Sequence record: MK250027.1
Length of the DNA: 64,000 bases
Reading direction: 5' to 3' (one strand)
In this document: positions 57,249-64,000 of the stretch, piece by piece
Layout: the number at the start of each line of letters is the position of its first letter
Position numbering within the stretch: the first letter of the stretch is position 1
Position numbers and translations under genes: made by a program
The notes under the pieces: model-generated
Told to the model about the DNA's origin: nothing
What the model saw: the letters and a program-made list of their open reading frames with translations, nothing else
Databases searched by the model: none

Positions 57249-60200
57249 TTAATTTAATGGATACAAATATTTGTTTATGCTATTTAATTGTATATTTGAT
57301 AAATCATTACTATTACTATAAAAACCAATATCTTTTGGTGTTAATTTATACTATCCTTCTTTTACAATAGATGGACGTCTTAACATTAAAACAACATTAT
57401 ATTGCTCTTCATCATTAAACATCATACGAGGATATATATTATAACATAAATTATATGGCATTTTATCAACATTATTTTTGCCATTAATAACTGATGCAAA
57501 ATCAAAATCCAATTGTTTAATATATTGTTTATTCTATACAGGATATTTTGTATTATTAGTATTATCTTTTTCGTTACCATTATTTGTGGTATAATAAGGA
57601 TAGCACCAAGATAATTGATATAATAATGATCTAAATAATAATGATGGTGTATAAGAATCTGTTTTATCAGGTTTATTTACATTATATGTTTTGACTTTGT
57701 TTTTACCTAAATCAAAAAACTATAATTCATTCTATGTTTTTACATCGTTTAATGATAATATATCATTTAATGAATACTAACCATTATCTGATGTTTTCGG
57801 TAAATATTGATAACCATTACCATATGTTTCAAAATGTCCGTTAAATGGATTATCTGTATCATAATGATAATCTTTTTCATATATATTATTCCATTTCATC
57901 ATGGATTTCAGTAATTGTTCCGAACGTAATTGTATATCATTATATTGATGTACATATACAGCAGAATTATTACTTAATTGACTATACTGTGACGCCAATA
58001 ACCTTTTATTATTAAATATAATACTATATTGATCGTTTATTAAACGTGGTAATAATATATTGGAATTATATATAAATCTTAAATAATTTTCTGAAATATC
58101 ATCTTTATCTTCACATAACCATTTTTTACTATACAATTTATCAGGGATTAAATTATATATATTATTTATGTTCTATGTAAATATTGACATCTTCTATATA
58201 TTATCCTATAAATATCTACACTTAAATGCAATAGAATTCCAATTTGGTATTCTACCTATATTTTCTTTTGTTCTATTAATTGTTTTCTCCTAAGATATTT
58301 CATCATATTTATAAGGTAGAATAGCGATATTAGTAATATCAGAATTTCCAAACCATTTTCTTAATCGTAAATCTTGTTGTAATATTCTATTAGATAATGT
58401 ACTTTGCTATGCGTATGATGCAATATATGAAATAGGTGCAATAGAACATTTTAATATATTAGATGTATATAAATAAGACTTATTTACATTTGTATTTTCT
58501 AATGGTAATATATGTTCATCAGAAACTATTTCAATTTTATCAATATATTCCTATAACGTAAATGAATACGGTTCAGGATTTTCAGATTCCATGTAAAATC
58601 TCAAATGCCATATTCCAGAATTAGCTTCATCTATAGTAAACTCATAATAATCATTTATGATTTCTTTAATATTATTTTTATCTAATAAGTCTTTAGCAGA
58701 TATATTGAAAATGTCTATACCTGGTTTTATTAAAGTAAATGATATTTTATCTTTAGTCCATTTATATCCTGTTTCATTAGCTTCACTTATAGTAGATGAA
58801 CCGTCTTTACTATCAATAAAATTATGATTCAAATATAAACGTATTTTTAGATTAGTGTAATATTTCTTATAAAATCCCCAATTATCATCATTAAAATTAT
58901 CAATCTATATTGAAGTAAATGTTTGAAATTGATTACATAATATACCATTATCATAATTATTAAGTCTCTCTAATGACTCCAAATCATTATATATATGTAA
59001 CTTTATATCAGGAATAGTTCGTTTTTCTTGATAACCTGAGATAATTCTATTATATGTTACAATATTACTATATACTACATTTTTTTGAGATTCACTTAAA
59101 TCTGCTGTTTCATCATCAATAGTATTATATTTAAATGTGTATAATACTTGATTAATAGGAATTTCGATAACACTTGAATTATATAAATCTGTTAAAAATT
59201 TATTATCAGATATTTTATTAATAACATCTGTAGTTATATCCTATTTTGATGTAATAATACCAGTTATTTTATAAATGCTTGTATCATTATTTAACGTTAT
59301 CTTGGTATCATTTATTAATGTATCATTTTCATATACACTGAAATTACATACATATGTTAATTTATCTTTTAATTCAACATACATATTATTATCTTCAATA
59401 TTTATGTTAAATATATCTGTATAATCATATGTTCTTGTTTTATTAACAGCATTAATATTAACAAATGAAGAATTAATATCAAACTCAGATGTATAGTAAT
59501 TAAAATCGGCTCTTGTAACATTACTAAAATATTTCATACCGGATTTATCACCTACAAATTGATATATTAAATGATGTCTATACCTCTATGAATTTAAATC
59601 TGATTTATCTAGCGATATTGTCATTACGGATGAATCATTATAATTATATTGCTTATATTCATATCCTGAATAAAAACTTGTATCAAATAAATTAGAAAAT
59701 TTATTTTCCTCTTTTGTTTTATCAACGGGACTATTATTATAATTATATACTATTATATCATTATTTGCCGTATGATATTTTTTATAATAAAACTTTGTTT
59801 CTGGTAACTATACCTTATCATATGTTAAATATTGTTCAACATCTTCTGTTATTATAATACCTTTTATATTTGTATTAATACAATACTAGTTTAATAAATC
59901 TTTATTAACACTTGTATTTAATAATTTATTTGACACATCATTAAGAGTTTGATAATCATATGTATTAATTAATAATTGTTTTATATTTGTATCTTTAATT
60001 TCTTTATAATATAAATTATCATAATTTCTTATATAGTTACCTGTAAGGTCTAATGATGGTATTTTAAGTGTTGAAGGATTTTCATCTACAAAAGTACCTC
60101 TTATATAATTAGGACCATATTGGTAATGTACACTTGAATCTAAATTATTCATATCATTATAATTCCAATACATATGTGTATATCCATATACATAATTTTC

Positions 60201-61148
60201 TTTAGATACATCTATATTATTAAAGAAATCATCTACATTCATTATGAATGATAGAGTGCTTGAATCATAATTATCTTCTGTTAACGTATAGCAATTTCCA
60301 TGTTCATTTAATTTTAAATCTTTATTATATAAAACATTTGAAGCCTCTATGTTACCAATGTTATCTGTTTTTATATATAAATTATCAATATATAATTTCT
60401 AATTTGTTTTAAATCCTATATAATTTGTTCCATTTGATATAACATCTAATGAATTTCCTGATGTTTTTAAACTTAATAATTCTTTATTGCCAGCTATATT
60501 ATGTGTATATTTATGAATATCCTTGCCATTATTTAAATATGTATATGTGGTATCATTTTTTATATTACATTTAATAGGTATTTCAGAATTTTCATCTATT
60601 ACAACTATATCTTCATTATAGTTATTAATATCCATTACAGATGGCTTATTCTTATTAATATCTGTTATTCTTGTTATAGTCACAGGATAATCATTATATA
60701 ATTCATTAGCAATAAACATTCCATTCTTTAATTCTCGTGTTGAACCAGAACCAACAATATTTAATTTATGATGTTTGTTTTCATCAACCATAAATGGATG
60801 AGTATATGAAATATGCTCTAATAACTATGTGGATGTACATGTTGTTAATTCATCTGTTACTTCTATTATATAATCTATAGATGAATCAACAGAATCTTTA
60901 TGTCGAATATACAATAAATCTCCAACATTATATTTTGGATTTAATCTTAATTCATCTTTAGCATATGTTATATCATACTCTTTATCATCATAATCAATAG
61001 AACTATTTTTTAATGTACTTGTATCAAGATATGTGAAGAATGATTCTAATGTTCCAAAATATATAGAATTTCCAGACTTACCTTGCTTACCTTGCTATCC
61101 TGTAACACCTATACCAGGTAATCCATGTTTATATATATAATTTTCCAT
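57249..61148 (-). CDS. Large tail-fibre-like protein with a short collagen-like N-terminus, about 1299 aa (TAG=Gln)
   Basis: Five track ORFs in one frame; PGIGVTGQQGKQGKSGNSIYFG at the N-terminus. Confidence 0.7.
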
Positions 61149-61153
61149 TTTCA

Positions 61154-62308
61154 TCAATTATTCTTTTTTAATCCTGATATTGTTCGGTCTTTAATATTTA
61201 CATATGATTCCAATCCATTAATCAAAGACACGGTAACATTAGGTAAATCATTATATTTAACTTTATTGATTAAGTCATTTAATTTTACATAATCATAATT
61301 CTATACAATATTATAATCATATATTTTATCATAACATAATCGGAAATCCTAAAATTCTTTATTCTAAAAATGCAATATAGTATTATTTGTTTTATCTTCC
61401 AGAATTTTATTAAAACTATTTAGTGAATCCTAATTTTTATAATTCTATGGTACAGATATTTTATATACAACACCATAATATATTACAGATGAATCATTAT
61501 GTGTATAATTATATATTGATGCGTCTATATTACATGCAACGTTTTTACACGTACTTATAAAATCTGTAATATTTTTATTATTAGTTTGTTCTACTGTATA
61601 TACAGGCGAATAATCATTAGTCTTTACTGTATTTGTATTATTATATTTTGTATAAACATTTGCATCAAGATATATTGGATAATTTGAACTTAACATAAAT
61701 CCGTTATATTTTTTACTAAACTTTATATCAAGATTCATATCATGTTCGCCACTATACATTGATTTCATACTAATATAATTAACATCCTTATTACCTATAT
61801 CATCTTTCTGTATTATTGATAATAAACCATTTCCTGTTGTATTATCATTTTGGTCACATATAGTAAGTTTATTTGATCTTAATGAACCATTCGCATCACC
61901 AAATAATACTTCTTTAATTACCTTACCTTTCTCATCTGTAATATTTTTATTTTCAAACGTACCTATTTGTGTAATTATTTTTTCTATATCCTAATTGGTT
62001 ACACTTGTACCGTTTTTTATTACTCTTATTAATTCATTTATATCTTGTAACATAAATACTTTTCCTTCAGGATCAAAGAACTAATCATTATTAACAAATT
62101 TTCTGTTTAATAAAATATCTTTTGTCTTTAATGGTAATAATCTTGAAGTAATTTTCTATGCAAATCCAGTGAACTCACCAGGAAGTGTGTATTCACTGAA
62201 GAATAAACTACTTCCTGGTGTTCCCTGTTCACCGTCTTTACCTTGTATACCATAAGTGGCAATACCTGGTGCATATGTATCATTATGAAATCTCTAAGAA
62301 ATCTGCAT
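61154..62308 (-). CDS. Tail-associated protein with a short collagen-like N-terminus, 384 aa (TAG=Gln)
   Basis: PGIATYGIQGKDGEQGTPGSSLFF; ends TGA 61154. Confidence 0.7.
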
Positions 62309-62313
62309 ACTTT

Positions 62314-63999
62314 TTATCGCTTATAAATTTTAACTGTTGGATATATATTCTTACCAGTTGTTTCATTAATCACAATAGTTAGAGTATTTAAATTTTCTTT
62401 TGTTTCTATATTTGTAGAATAATTTTCATACTTATAATATGTGTTTAAATTAGCTGGTTTTTCAGTTACTATATTTATATTTGAATTTGGTTCTGTGTCT
62501 TTTGCATAAAGTTCAACTTCAATATTTGACTATGCATTATAATATACTGATAATGTATGATTTATATAATTTTTCTAACCTGTATATTGAGAATCTTTAA
62601 AATAATTCCAATTTTCATTAAATGATTCATTATTTATAAAATGATTAAATATTGCGGATGTTAAATTTATAGTTATAACTGTATTACCTTGATTAATATC
62701 AGAAATATTATATGAAGAATCTGAATAATTAACAGATAATATGTCATTCGCAGTAGGATAAACAAATTTATTAATTAATATATAATCATTATGAATAACC
62801 ATACAGTGTGAACCTAAGAATGATTTATCATCAATTCCTGTTTTATGTCCATCAATACTTATATAATCATTTTCATTAAGATATTTACGATAATAATTAT
62901 TATCCCATGTCGCGCTTAATAATGAACGATTATCTACTAAATAATAATTTTTATTTAATCTCTATAAATTAGTGTCTTCAAATACTTTATTACCTGGATA
63001 ATTCTGTATTCTATTAATATTTTTTATTTTTGTATTAGATTGCAATAAATCAACATTAAGAATATCTCGTAATTCATCATCTATATAAAAATCAACCATA
63101 TTATTCGTATTAGGTGTAAACCATCCGTAATTAAATTTAATCTAATTAGGTATTGATAATGTAAATATTAATGGATTATATTCTTCTGTATTATGTATTA
63201 ATTTAACCTCTGCTTTTTCTGGGATAATATATATATCAATATCATTAGTAAATGTATCAACATATCGTTTTAACTTATCCTTCGGTGTTTCTAATGATAT
63301 TAATTTTGATATATACTTCTTAAAATGTGTTAAATTAGTTCCTGTTATCAATTTCGTGTTAGTTAATAAGTTTGTTTTATCATTTTTATATGATATAATA
63401 AACTAATCACTATTAAGAATATTTGATAATTTTATATTGTTAACATTATTTACATTATTTTGTTTCTTTATAGTTAATCCTAATTTATTTTCATTTAATG
63501 TTATTAATTTCGGATTTAATACATTTGTTATATTTAAATGCTAACTTATATTTTTTCCTATAGTTGTAGTACGTCTTATAACATTTTCAAGGATCTATTT
63601 AGCTGTATGATTATATTCACCATCTGCCTTTGTAATAATATACGCATGACTATTACTTGATATTGAATTTACATGAGTTAATGTACCTGGATAATCAATA
63701 TACTCATAATTTGTTAATACACCAATATCATTATAATTATTAACAGAAACATATTCATTACAATCAACTGAATTTTCCATATTAAATGAAACAAACTATG
63801 GTGAATTAGTTGATAATGTTGTATTTACTATCGGTACATCATACTATGTAAATAATGAAGACCATAAATTATGTTCATCTATTAATGACATTAATTGTTT
63901 ATGAAAATTATTCTTCTTATGAGCATGAATACCATTATTCATACAGTTAAGTGTCCTGAAATCAATATCATATGGTGCGTTAAGAACTGCATAATCAGC
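62314..63999 (-). CDS. 5'-partial large structural-region protein (TAG=Gln)
   Basis: Track ORFs 63595, 63142 and 62575 appear to be pieces of one frame ending at TAA 62314. Confidence 0.65.
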
Positions 64000-64000
64000 A

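Noticed and set aside
39419-64000. Mass pseudogenisation of structural genes (many short fragments)
   Set aside because: The fragments are in frame and broken only at TAG, which is explained by code 15
1-64000. TGA recoding, diversity-generating retroelement or further tRNAs
   Set aside because: TGA terminates clear genes (Hc1, tnpB2, 61154); no reverse transcriptase or TR/VR pair seen; only one T-arm-bearing cloverleaf found by eye

Overview
A 64 kb segment of a very AT-rich large (jumbo/mega) phage genome that reads TAG as glutamine (genetic code 15), with TAA and TGA as stops. The standard-code ORF track is therefore fragmented: most short ORFs are in-frame pieces of long genes split at TAG. 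Bacteroidota-type TAnnTTTG promoters, a Bacteroidota Hc1-like gene and T4-like core genes (gp44 clamp loader, gp6/gp25 baseplate, gp2 end protector) suggest a Lak-like Prevotella/Bacteroidota megaphage (inference). The left and middle parts (1-38.7 kb) hold accessory and expression genes: Dam methylase, CCA-adding enzyme, RNA ligase-like protein, ECF sigma factor, clamp loader, two-domain glycosyltransferase, metallophosphoesterase, GNAT, degenerate SET domain, PD-(D/E)xK nuclease, three HExxH paralogs, PTH2-like protein and two unrelated TAG-recoded TnpB-family nucleases without TnpA. The right part (39-64 kb) is a TAG-rich baseplate/tail module. The top candidates for novelty are: (1) a free-standing mini-intein with an 8-aa Gly-Gly-ended N-extein and a 5-aa C-extein; (2) a tRNA with a UUA (ochre) anticodon in a genome whose main stop is UAA, next to a minigene and a PTH2-like gene; (3) two TnpBs that appear domesticated (recoded and preceded by the same phage promoter motif); and (4) promoter classes that track TAG usage. 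All coordinates and translations were done by hand, the longest genes were joined by frame arithmetic with spot checks, no database searches were run, and three N gaps hide some sequence.
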